This document shows, in pieces, positions 37,057 through 49,389 of a stretch of 64,000 nucleotides of DNA. Source of the DNA: Lytechinus pictus (taxonomy: Eukaryota); the NCBI RefSeq assembly GCF_037042905.1, contig NW_026974141.1, forward strand, positions 992,001 to 1,056,000. The letters run 5' to 3'. A program made the position numbers and the translations under genes. The number at the start of each line of letters is the position of its first letter. The stretch's first letter is position 1. The notes under the pieces were generated by a model. It was not told the DNA's origin. It worked only from the letters and a program-made list of their open reading frames with translations, and made no database searches.

Positions 37057-38428
37057 TAACCCAGGAAGCTCCCGCCCGCGCAGCGGGCGGGAGCCTAGGA
37101 GCTTACCGTGTATTTGACCATAGTCACCGGACTAGGGTGATTTATGGTCTAAATATTTCTCCAAATGAATTGTGAAAACAGAAAGTATACAATTACCACG
37201 ATTAGGCCTATATGGATGAAGGTCTAACGAGTGGCAGTTTCCTGACATCTGGGCACAGACTGGAACCTCAAAAAAACGAAAAGTTCTCTCCTCTACCCCA
37301 GTCTCGATCGGCCATTTTGTTACGATTTTTAACAAAAATGGCCGATCGAGACGGGGGTAGAACTAGAAGTAGAGAACTTTTCGTTTTTTTGAGGTTCCAG
37401 TTTGTGCCCAGGGGCAGTATTCTGAGGTCATTTTATCTTTAAAATATTTTATTTTATCTCTTAAAATGAAATTGGTATTCTGAGATGACATTTTATCTTT
37501 CAGATAAAATTTAAAATTTCATGTTGCGTATAAATTTTATCTTGCGTATTTATGATGATACGCAACAGAGCAGTGGCTGCGTAGACATACCCATCGCGTA
37601 TCTGGCCATTGCAACGCGGGTGATGTGCTTACGCCCAAGTTACTTTGAAGAAAAAATGAAATAAACTTAAAAGAGGGTAGGGGCTATTTTATCTCCGCGA
37701 CGTTCATTTCGTCAATATTTCTAAGTGAATTAACTCCAAATGTTGGCATGAAAATTAAAAAAAATGATATCTTCATTGAGAACAACACCTTAAAGTTATT
37801 CCTGTACAATCAGGAAGCATTTCATAAGACTTTTCTTGACTAATATTGTCTTTGAAATGATGCTTGAAAAGATGCGATATAGACTTCGAAAAAAAGATGA
37901 GAGTATTGCCATTTTTGTTAAAAAGAAATCTCTGTAAAGACGCACAAGCGTATAGTGCAAGCGTATTGAAGTCAATAAATTGACGCAATCTCACTCCTTC
38001 GCCACACCTCCTAGCGGAATGGATTTCCATTGGTTGAGTGATATGAGAGAGCTATAAAAGCGCGTTTCTAATTGGATATTGATTAAAAAATAGGTGTGTC
38101 TTACAGAGATAAAATGAAGATAAAATTGTTCTCAGAATACCAATTCGGAGAGATTTTAAGGGTATTTTATCTCACTGATTTTAACGGAGATAAAATATTT
38201 TATTTTATCTGAGATAAAATGGATCTCAGAATACCACCCCTGATGTCAGGAAACTGCCACTCGTTAGACCTTCATCCATATAATCGTGGTAATTGTATAC
38301 TTTCTGTTTTCACAATTCATTTGGAGAAATATTTAGACCATAAATCACCCTAGTCCGGTGACTATGGTCAAATACACGGTAAGCTCCTGGGCTACCGCCT
38401 GCGCAGCGGGCGGGAGCTCCCTGGGTTA
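37057..38428. mobile_element. Palindromic non-autonomous element with 10-bp TSD, carrying a nested MITE
   Basis: taacccagg...cctgggtta ends; gccttagtct at 37047-37056 and 38429-38438. Removing 37411-38240 leaves a ~540-bp near-perfect hairpin. Confidence 0.8.
37411..38240. mobile_element. Nested MITE, Harbinger-like
   Basis: ggggcagtattctgag ... ctcagaataccacccc TIRs with repeated ttttatct/agataaaa subterminal motifs. Confidence 0.7.
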
Positions 38429-40742
38429 GCCTTAGTCTTAGACCAAAAGGTTAGGTCTCTGTTATGTTGGTTGTTCAGCTGAACTCCGTTGGCTTCACTC
38501 ACCAAATACAGAGACCGAAGTTCTACTAGCGCGATCTGTACAGGGGACTCAACACTCATGGGATCAATGCATCTCGCGTGCGAAGGATTCATATGCACAT
38601 GGTGCACGCGAATTTTTCACACCCTTTTTACTAAAATAACTATGCCATTCCTTTTAAAATATTGTTTCTAATTGTGCTATGACACTTACCGAACCATATG
38701 GATCGTTTCTTGACTTCTCTTTGGTGTGTTTTTAAGAAAAAAAAAGCATTTTCTCGTGATCTTCACGTAGATACCGCAGGGTCATCGTGGTTGTAAACTT
38801 TTGCTTAAAGAGGGCGCGCGATATATTATTCACAAGATGTTTGTTTACGGTTCTGCAGCTTGTACTGCTAGCTGCATTTTAGACGCTCAGCATTATTTTC
38901 CTCTTTCTGTTTTTTTTTTTGCTGTCAAGCGGTATTTTCTATTGTAGCGCCATCAGCGATGATGAAATGTAACCTATAAGTATATACATGAGATTGCAAC
39001 CTGTTGATTTTTGGTACAATTTCCTATCATGCGCCGACGACTTGAATCGAGAATGTTCGATAGGAAAATTTCGCATTTCGATTGTTGTTTGCGTAATTTC
39101 CAGTGCAGTATGAGGATGACTAAGGACGGATCGAACGAAGTATCCTGGTTGAGATTTGGAGGTAAGCGATAAAAACACTTTAATAAATAATTTATAATTC
39201 CTTTTTCAAATAAATTTAAATCATACGATCAAGAATAACATAGTGGACAAATATTGAAAGGTTTGGCGTAGTTTAGTCCCTCACATTCGTGTGATGAATG
39301 AAAACGTCAAAATGCACTATGAAATCACATGTGTTGTGCGAGGTTAGTATACTTACCTCGCATGTTGTGTGAGTGGGGACTCAATGGCCATATGTTTATG
39401 TGTATTATTAAGTTCGGATAAAACGGGGCAGTGAAGTTGCGCGACAGCCGAGGTAAGTCACTGTTTTTGTTCCTTTTATTGATTTTCCCTGTTTTTTGGC
39501 AATTAATGCAAAGAGGGAATATCAATTTGCATTTCGGTCGGGTTTATTTTCAAAAGTTTGATTCATTTAAGACAAAAATTGAAGAGCCCCGACATGGGAA
39601 TTTTGCATTGTAAGTCCCCTAATGGTGGCTGCACGATAGCGAGCCGTCTGTGTATGAGGAGAAAAAAAAAAAAAAAGGTTAAAAAACTCCTCGAAACAGA
39701 CGGCTGCCAGCTGTCTAGACTTGCCTTAGACGTGTCTCAGGCGTCAGTGGGGAGTAAGCCTACGTAGAGTAGATGACTTTTACTCCCCAGACGCCTCCAG
39801 GCTACATACATCTACACGCACTGCCCAAAAACTTGAAACTTTATAGTTTATGCCCGTGGGATACAACTTCATTTCCGACATTTCTACGTCTACGATATTT
39901 GATTTCATTTTTAAACAATTCATTAAAAAAAGGTCTAACATTAGGTCATATGTCACCATTTTTTGCATGATTATTCTTCTAGATGTCTACCATCATGAGG
40001 GTATTCAATCTAATCAAAGTCATTTAACACTATTTTTCAGGTCATAAAAGCCTCTGAAATGTCCCATACGTAACGCGCATGAATTCTTGGACTTTCCCTT
40101 ATTGAAAAAAGTGCCCTCCAAGGCTCCAACATACAGATTGGAGTCTTGAAGACCTTACCTGTTATATATTTTAAATTTTTGGCAGGAAATGTTTGCAGAA
40201 GGGACTTCAGAGAACTTTTTCAGATTATTCTCAGTGCATTCTCTAAAATTTGAAATAGTTTAGAGTTCAGTGCGGAGAGACCGTTGTTTTACCAATTTCT
40301 GGACATTTGTGTGACTTGGCAACAAAGGCCCTTACGATCGAGGTTCTATGAATATTTTGTCACCAGCAAGTCAAAAGTGATATAAAGGAACAAAACATGT
40401 GTGAAAAATAATATTGATTTTTCACACACTGATGAAATTCATGGTGATCTAATTTCTGTGGTGACAAAGTAGTCTAGACCCAAGGTCACATGTAATTGTG
40501 TTGTCTGTAGGCCTGCATTGTATTGTAGGTGATGATTTAAATGAATACATGGCAGTGAGGAGATGACAGATACTTTTTTATTGTAAGAAAATCATTGTAC
40601 AGTGTACATAAAGTAGGAAAAGTTCATGCCGTTTTTGTCAGTAAAAGTTGGTTGTTATTTTTTTTTCTCTGATCCCTTCATGTATATGGGGCCTTAGGTT
40701 TGAAGCACTATGGCTCTAGGCCCTACAATACATGCAGCTAAT

Positions 40743-42572
40743 TAGTGCTGCAAGTCAGGCGCCATGTTCGGGTTCGGTTCGGTTCGGCAAGGTTCGGCAG
40801 AAATTTGCCGAACATTGGTTCGGTTCGGGGTTCGGTAATGATAGACTGATAAAGCTATAGTTCATTCAGGTACGTAGCGTACCGGTAGCAATTTGTACTT
40901 GATTGACTGCATGTGCTCGCGTGTACCTCTGTCACATCAAACCATTTTATCTCTATCTTGTTGACATGAAACTATGAAAGTTATAGCGCTCAACGAATCA
41001 ACTGTTATCTCGAATTTGATTATCTGATGACAGATTTATTGGGTAACTCACAGTTCTAAAATGGCGACTCTTCCTAGTCGTCCATACCTGGACCACACTT
41101 TGGATACTTGCCAAATTAACTACGCTCGCACTCGTACCAGCTAGGCCATGCCAGCGCATGCAGTCCCTAGCTAGTAGCGGGACTCTGAGCTCATGAATAT
41201 TTATATATACAGTCCGTCCAAACGTGATACGAGGCGGCCAGCGCCAGTGCACTGAACTGTAGGCATAGTCGGGCCAGGGGCGTGTCGAAGAAAGCGTGCT
41301 TATGTAATGCGCCTTTCGCTAATTGGCTCGATGGGTGAACTAAACCACCAATCGCATGTCGCTGATTGTCGCATCGGTACATACAGCCACGTGCTTTGTC
41401 TGCTCGCGAAACTCAGCTCACTGATTGAAGAGCAATTCCCGAGATTTCTATGATTTCATTGGTCAGATTTCATTCGACCATAAACATACAGACCAAGTGG
41501 GATGCAAAGTTTTACGACTGTAATGGGATAGGGGGAGTAGAGTGATCATCGAATTGTTTATGGTTAATTTGAGAAGTTGATAAGAAAGGGAGAAAAAAGT
41601 AAAGAATGGGGGTCATTTTCCCCCAAGAGATGAATGTTTCCGCATGGCTTTATCTTCATTTAACTTGTCAACGAGGGGAAGGGGATCTTGCTATATTCTA
41701 TACCGTAATCATTCATGAGTGTTTGATTTTTATTTTCATCTGATTGTTAATAATAAAAAAGATAACTTCACCTCATCTCATTTCTATATTATTTGTTTTG
41801 CGTCTCTCCTTTCCATCTCTAACAGTCACTCACTTTATTTCCCACTTTCACTGGATCTCTCGTTTTCAAAACTCTTTACTTCTCTCTAAATCATGAAAAC
41901 TAGACAGTAGCGAGCCGACACCTCAATAATAATGTAAATCACCTCAATCAGATCTTTATTCTCCGCCGCAACAATAAACGAGTTACGATCTTAATCACAT
42001 CGTATCGTAATTCGTAATATTAATGGTACTTCATCTTTCACTTTCAGTTTATTGAGCTCGTTCATTCAAAATACTTTGAAGATTTTCAAACAAGAATCTT
42101 GTTCGCCACCTAAAAACAACAATATTTTAGATAGTTAGATTTAACCAATGAACACTCAAACAGTTTTGGTTTTCTTTACCATGCTTCGGCGATTCGGCCA
42201 CAGAGCGAGAGATGATGAAAGCCAGTAAAATGATTATAGCGCAAGCTCGCGCAACATCGTTCATCGGATCTCCTTTCTTAATCAGGGCCGTAAAAACCAC
42301 AATGTCAACATGAAAATGAAAACAAAATCTAGTAACCGCAAAATAAGCGCATACTTCCAACATACAATTGCAAAGAAGATTAAATAGAGAATGCGCAAAT
42401 ATAATGATTAGAAAGGGTGTAAACTTATAAATTTATTAGCTGAAAGCCGTTTTTTTTTTTTTTTTTGCCGAACTTCCGAACCAAGTCTTAGTGTTCGGTT
42501 CGGTTCTGTTCGGTTCGGAAGTGCCATGTTCGGCGAACTACCGTTCGGTTCGGCGGTTCGGCTACAGCACTA
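40743..42572. mobile_element. Non-autonomous hAT element
   Basis: tagtgctg ... cagcacta ends; perfect 8-bp TSD cagctaat (40735-40742, 42573-42580); (ggttc)n subterminal repeats. Confidence 0.85.
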
Positions 42573-43443
42573 CAGCTAATCCAGGAATTAAGTCAAACCC
42601 CTGCAATACATGTACATGCAAAGCAAATCCAGGAATTAATTCAAATAACCCGGATTAATAAAGTCCAGAGGTTAATTTTTTTCAAGGCTATCAGCTTTCT
42701 CTAGAATGCTATTCATTTTTATAATAAAGACCAATCTTTGCAAAAAGCTGCTAATTGGCCTTACAATAAAAACAAAATAAAAAGGAAAAACAACAAACTG
42801 TCCCAACAATTAGGATGTACATGTTAGTCCCATTCAAATCTGTGTGCAATGCATGACTGTTTCAATTAAAAAAAAAAATCATTTTGCTGATGTCAAGTTT
42901 CCAATGTATTACAGCCAGCTAACACCAGTTCTCGGGTACACTGTTTACAATCGCTTTTGAGGCAGTTTCCACCATTATTCAAATTTGCAACTTGAACAAA
43001 ACATTTCTGAATTCATGTAACAAATATCCTGGTAGGTACTTTGTACCCTCTTCTCTATATTGAGGTGTATATTATATTCATGGCTGCTGTTTAGTCTGTC
43101 CAGAGTTAAGAAAGCATTTCACAAATAGTGATTTTCAATGGCACTTTTTGTAAGCTAAATGTATGTGTACATCTCATTGGCTGAGAGCTGAGCAAATAAA
43201 TTTATTTATTTCTAATTATCATTAAAAACATAATTATAACATACAATTCCCGGGTACAATTCAAACCAATAATACATTGTATACCAATAAAATACGAAAT
43301 GGAAATATAAATAAGAGAGAGAAAAAAATTAGAATATGGGGGAGCCAGCATACAATGTAGGCCAATGGCCTTTCTAAAGCTGGGCTCCCAAAACTAGGCC
43401 TGACTTGAAACGGATATTTCAATATTCGGATACCCGACAGTGG

Positions 43444-45713
43444 CAGGGTTGGCACGTTTTAAACGGTGTGTTTTAAAACATGTTTTAAACGCGTTTTAAA
43501 ACACCTGTTTTTTTAACAAAAAAAACGTGTTTTAAAACACCGCATAGGCTTGTGTGTTGTAAATTGATGGATGTGATTTTAAATTACCAGTAATTTTTTA
43601 ATACTTTTATTTCTGAAGTGGTGTATTATTTTCTTCTGATTAAACTCTTTCTCAACACCACTCTTTTTCTCCTCTTTCTCTTTCCCCCTTTATTCTCCCT
43701 TTCTCCATTGCTTTGTCATGTTCTTTTCCTCCCTGTTCTTACGTGCACATGTCATCATTCCATATATATAAATATTCTCATTTTAACAAATAGAGTCTAT
43801 ATCTGAGTGTTGTGCTCACTTTTTGGACAGGGAAAGAAACACTATTTGAAATAAGCTCAAATACATGTAGACTACATGTAATAGCATTAAATACTTGAAT
43901 GAAATGGAAGTGTTGCACAAGCATACACAAACAAAATCGACTATAAAACTGACATTGTACTTTTGAGGTACACACGAAAGCAGGTGAAACTTTGCGCTTC
44001 ATAAAGATGAAGAAAAGTAATTTAAACAGAATAAGATAGTCAGCGGGCAAACCTTAACCCTAACAATCCAAGGGGACCTTAACACTATCTTAACTGGGCT
44101 ATTTCAGACCAAGATATAATGGGGAGGGGTCAATTTGACCCCCCCCCCTCTCCAGATCTCGGCCGCTGATTGTGCGATCGCCGTGAAAATTTGCATGCGC
44201 GTATAGCCAGATGTAAACTACAAGACTGTATAGTATAATTTTCTAAAAATTGATTGTTTATATATTTTTTTGAAATTAATTATGCAAATATTGCGTATGA
44301 AATTTGCCCTAAATTTGTTTTTTATGTATGTTTTTGCCTTTAACTCAATTTATGTAGCTAGTAGAATGCTAATTTTTGGTGAGAGTATACATTTTTACAT
44401 TTCTAACAAATATCTACAAAAAAATTGCAAAAATATAATTACTTTCTTATGTATTTTATTGTTTTTGAAACTCTTATGTATTTCTTTGTTTTTTCAAACC
44501 TTTGTTTTTTATTGTTTTTTCCAATGAACTTTAATAGTCGGGGACACTTTTGCGATCATAAATAGCATAAAATAAATCCATTTAAAGCAACAAAAGTAAA
44601 AATAATCATATATTTATGATTTTGGGTTGAAAAACACGATTGGCATTGACTTTGTACACGGAATCACAAAACCGCGTACCCGGGCATCGCAAATTTGGTC
44701 TCAAAAGATGCAGCGAGCAGCGCAGTCAAAAAATTTCCCGCGACGGCATAGTGATGAATTTGTCAAGGGGGGGGGGGGTCGATTTGACCCCCCCCCCCCA
44801 GTTTTATAAGGGTTAATGCTCAGTAGCCTACCTCAAAAATTTCTATGATAAATCCTTAAACAAGACAGGGCCACATCATAATCATTCTAGACTATTTGGG
44901 GGATGCATGCATCATGCATGCATGGGTATGCGGTAATGATATGACACAAGTGCATGTCAGACCCCAAATTGATCAAATACGTAAATGTGTAAAGCCAATT
45001 GTAAATTCTTGCCAAAATTTGTATCCGTTTCATTATTTGTACATTTTATTAATGATTGGAAAATTATTGCCAATAATTTTCATTAAAAAAACAATTAAAA
45101 ATGTATTAAAAAAAAGTGTAAATGTACATAAGAAAAAATAAGAAAACAGTTTAAAAACAAATTCTAAAAACATTTTATATATACTGATTATATTTCTAAT
45201 ATGCATTTGATCAAAATTCTTCAATAAAAAAAAGCAGTTCAAGGGCTATATTTCTAGATTTATCCAAGAATGGCATAATTGATTCAAATGAAATAAAGCA
45301 TATTGGAGCCCCATATATCATGTAATTTCCTTCCATAGTGCAAATTCTTCTCCCCTCCCCCCCCCCCCTAGATTGACAAGACTCAAAATACCCCGAGACT
45401 ACATGTATATGTACATGTATGAGGAATAAAGTTATAAAATGTAAAAGTGTTCTTTTTAGGCATTCAATTTCCATGATTTAGAAATTTTGGGGGAAATACT
45501 TTTCTGTTAAAAATTCAGTATCAAAACTTGTCATCTCTTACTTACTCCAAAAATGCATTTAAAACATAAATCAGACTATATAGTTTAATTGATTTATGAA
45601 AAATTGCATCATTCGATGAAAAAAACGTTTTAAAACGATTTAAAACGTTTTAAAACAATAAAAAACGTTTTATTCGTGTTTTTTTATAAAAAACGTTTTT
45701 TATCACAACCCTG
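43444..45713. mobile_element. hAT-like element apparently inside an older ggatacccg-repeat element that ends about 47436
   Basis: cagggttg ... caaccctg ends with gttttaaaac subterminal repeats; TSD not clean. Confidence 0.55.
44083..44812. mobile_element. piggyBac-like non-autonomous element
   Basis: TTAA|cactatcttaactggg ... cccagttttataaggg|TTAA; internal ggggtc/gacccc palindromes at both ends. Confidence 0.65.
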
Positions 45714-46539
45714 CGCGACACTGAAAACCGGACGGCGGACGGGTATCCGAAATTTTACCCTGAAATATAAAAAATAATATCCATTTGCACTTATTTGACT
45801 TATATTTAAGATTTTCAGTTATATGTCAGTTTTGAACCTATCCGATGATGGCGAGAGTCAGCGTGCGCTAATTAAACTATTTCTAAAAACCACGAAATTA
45901 CGAGAAGCTGAATGTGAGTTAGCGTGAGGCTACGGCTACAAATGTAGATCGTATGACTGTGTAAGCTATTAGTAAATGACTATTATTTGAGTTATACAAG
46001 TCGGGCCTAGTTACGATCCCATTTAATGGTTGCGAGAGTATGTGTGTTTATTTTTTAGTTCCGATCGAATGAAATAAGATGCAATGAATTTGACCGAGGC
46101 GAGTGTGAGTGCGAGTCTTCTTTTACTAAAAGTCTAAAACCAGACAGGCCTACATCATTCAGCTCACGCACGTGCTGTCCTGTCTGGACGTGTCTGGAGT
46201 GAATCGTCCTATATATATTTGGTCACATTACACTCGCTACACCTTCAAATTGGATCGTACTTGGAATATTTTCATTTTCATGTCGGGTTTCTCCCCATTC
46301 CCCAATTTATAGCCAAGCTTCTCATTTCTCAACTTCTGAAACATAATCACACTTCTAACAAAGATTCAAGACAAGATTTAATCACAGTAACAGTAATTAA
46401 TCACTTACATTCATCACCAGTAAGTTTTACTGCAAATTAAACACGTCGATTCACAACCGACCACAATAATCATTATTAATGACAGTTCAAGAAAGAAAAG
46501 GAATGATTCATTATTTCGGATTTGATAAATAAATCAAAA

Positions 46540-47030
46540 GAAACAAAATAAAACGGCCAATCAACATGTATTTGACGTTTACATGATTTCAAAATTATCT
46601 TCATTCATATCGAAAGTTGATGTGCGAAAAAAGTACTGAAAATGAATATTTTCGTTACGCATTTCAATGTAAATAAATAACAAAAAACAACATGACACAC
46701 GCAGCCAACATTCATTCGACGTTTTCATGGTTTAAAAAATGATCATCTTCATTTGTAACGAAAGTTGCCATGAGAAAAAGTAGAATTTATATTGTATTTG
46801 ATGAATAAATCACAAAAACAACATGACACACGCAATCAACATTTATTCGACGTTTTCAACTTTTCATAGTTTCAAAAATAATCATCTTCATTTGTAACCA
46901 AAGTTGCTGTGAGAAAAAGTAGAATTCATTTTGCATTTGATGAATAAATTACAAGAAACAACATGACACACCCGTGTAACCCGATCAACATTTATTTGAC
47001 GCTTAAATGGTTTCACATTATCTTCATTCT
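46540..47030. repeat. Degenerate ~130-140-bp tandem repeat (3-4 units)
   Basis: Recurring aaacaacatgacacac...cgacgtttt...atcttcatt...aaagttg...gagaaaaagtagaatt. Confidence 0.6.
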
Positions 47031-47656
47031 TCACTCGCATTGAAAGTCGAGGTAAGAAAATAGACGATGATTTACGCATTTGAAATCATCAAAACATAAG
47101 ACGGGAAAGAAAAACTATCTTAAGCGACACCATAGTAAAATCGCCATCGTTGTCAGAACGGAACTTTACTCCATTCACGGACGGTCATGCTCCGAAATTG
47201 ATATAAGGTCATGTTTCAAAACTGATAAAAACGATGGTTTTCGGCGGGAATATATTACCAAAGAAGATTAATTGATATTGGTGATTATATTGGCGACTAA
47301 AACTTATAAATTTTGTTGGTGAGTCTTACTAAATTTAATGAGTTTTTGTGACAGGATACCCGAACCCGAAAAATGAAAACCGTTATCCGTCCACGCGGGC
47401 AGAAACCGTTCGGATATCCGTTTGGTGGCAGCACTACCCGAAACCATGATATAATCATACTAATTATAGAATAGAGAAAAGGTACTGCATAACATAAATA
47501 TGCGGGTGGGTGATAATTTTAAGCAATTTCCTCATATTTTTCCAGATTTATAGGCATCGATAAAATAAAGGTATTTTTATATCTTTTTTTGTCATTGACT
47601 TAATTCTTCGCGAAATGCTCCATAAGCATTGTACGTGAAAATGCATTGTATACCAT

Positions 47657-48160
47657 GGGTGTGTTCAATGTCGATTTTCAAATTTAAACAGTAACACAAA
47701 TGATGATTGAAAACTCAATTACCAAACACGATCAGCAGTGCACTGTTCTGTGTCAAAAATATAAAGCTGATTATTTGCCAATTGTCTTTTAATTTCCCGC
47801 TTTCGTTAACGCAGCTTTAGTGTGCAGTTTGACCCATCACAAGAAAGGTCCATTCTGGCACCTGCATGTGTAGGCTCCCACTGCGAGAGTAAATTTCAAG
47901 TCGTTTCAAAACTCAATCGTGTTCAATGTCGCATTCACGATGCTGAAGGTCAGAAAATATGAGCTGATTGCGTTTACAAACACATCTTTTGACATTTAAA
48001 TTTTCCTCCGAATCATGATTTGAAAGACGTTTACGTTTAGGCATGGGAATGGAGGACATTGAACACACCATTTGTTTCTCATTATATTGCGTTTTGTAAT
48101 CACGTTTCAATCATGATTTATGTTGCCCATTAAATTTGGAAACCGACATTGAACACACCC
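47657..48160. mobile_element. MITE with 3-bp flanking duplication (CAT)
   Basis: gggtgtgttcaatgtcg ... cgacattgaacacaccc TIRs. Confidence 0.7.
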
Positions 48161-48422
48161 CATGTTTAAGGTATGTATAGTAAAAGGAATAGGGCAATTT
48201 GTAACTGAAAAGCCCCCACTTAAAAATGTTCATTGTCATGGCAGTTCCCTGTACAGGTTTTCAAAGTCGCAGTGGTTTGAGATGAATTTACCAAAATGAT
48301 TTCCCGTCAAATTAGTTCAGTTGTGAGTCACAACACAGTGAGATGATGAATATTAAAAATGTTTTCACGCTTATGTAATCCACAAGTGAGGATTTGTTCT
48401 CCCATTCTCTCTCCACCCTCAG

Positions 48423-48547
48423 ATACGTGACACATTCACAGCATCCAAGAAATTCTTTGAGCTGTCAGAGAAAACTAAGCTGAACTACATTGGCCAAAAT
48501 GACAGCAAATTCTCTATTCATGGTTTTGAAGAGACAGAAAAAGAACA
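48423..48547 (+). CDS. Gene C exon 2
   Basis: Acceptor ctccaccctcag; IRDTFTASKKFFELSEKTKLNY...HGFEETEKE (FFxLxxExK-like motif); donor CA|gtaagt, phase 2. Confidence 0.88.
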
Positions 48548-49308
48548 GTAAGTTTATTTATACTTTTGTATGTATTTATCATGTTGCATATATACACACC
48601 ATACATTTCAACTTACAAATCAAGTGAAATGTCAAATCATGCGCATTAATTTGTCCAATATTATAGATTCTATTATATTAAAACAATGTAGCAAATATTC
48701 AGTGGAGAGTTTATCAAACATGCATGTAGGATTTGAGTAAAAGATGTCAACTTCTTTAACTTTCTACATTTTATATTCTGGCATTCTTTCCAAAATTTCA
48801 TGAGTACTACAAAATCCACCTTCATTGGAGTAGACGAGGAGTACTATTGTGAATTTGTTCTTTTAATAACCCAGGGAATAATTTTCATGGTATTGCACTG
48901 CAATTTGCTTTGTATTTTTTATGACTGCTATAAAACAAAACTTTGTTTATATAGCAAATTATATAGGACTGTACAGAATACAGAGGCAAGCTTTTCTCTA
49001 ACAACCAGTACTGGGTGCACAGAAACGTTAATAGCGCTATTATGCTTGTAATGTTCAGGGGCCCCTGTTACAACAGGTAATGTCTCAGCAATGCCTAGTG
49101 TAAGATCAACAGGTCATATCTTGAATCAACTTTTGACATCACAACCTGAATGTGACGTGGCCTAATGCTAGCGTTACCAACGTTTTTGTGCAGTCTGTAT
49201 AGGACAGCTATTAATCAAACTTCAGAAATAATATATTTTCCTGGTTGTAACCCGTTAGCCTTGCCAGTCCATGATGAAGTTTTGTTTTGTTTTTGTTTTT
49301 GTTTGTAG

Positions 49309-49378
49309 GTGCTGTCCAGAAAGAGAACGGGATCTCAAGCAGTGTTTTAACTACACAGTCAAAGCAGCAACAGAGGAT
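49309..49378 (+). CDS. Gene C exon 3
   Basis: Acceptor gtttgtag; CA+G=Gln, CCPERERDLKQCFNYTVKAATED (DLKExF-like); donor GAT|gtatgt, phase 0. Confidence 0.82.
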
Positions 49379-49389
49379 GTATGTTCTAC

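Noticed and set aside
38680-40165. Several consensus donor-like sites and CpG patches in gene C intron 1 suggesting a nested gene
   Set aside because: Could not assemble an open, phase-consistent exon chain; more likely transposon remnants.
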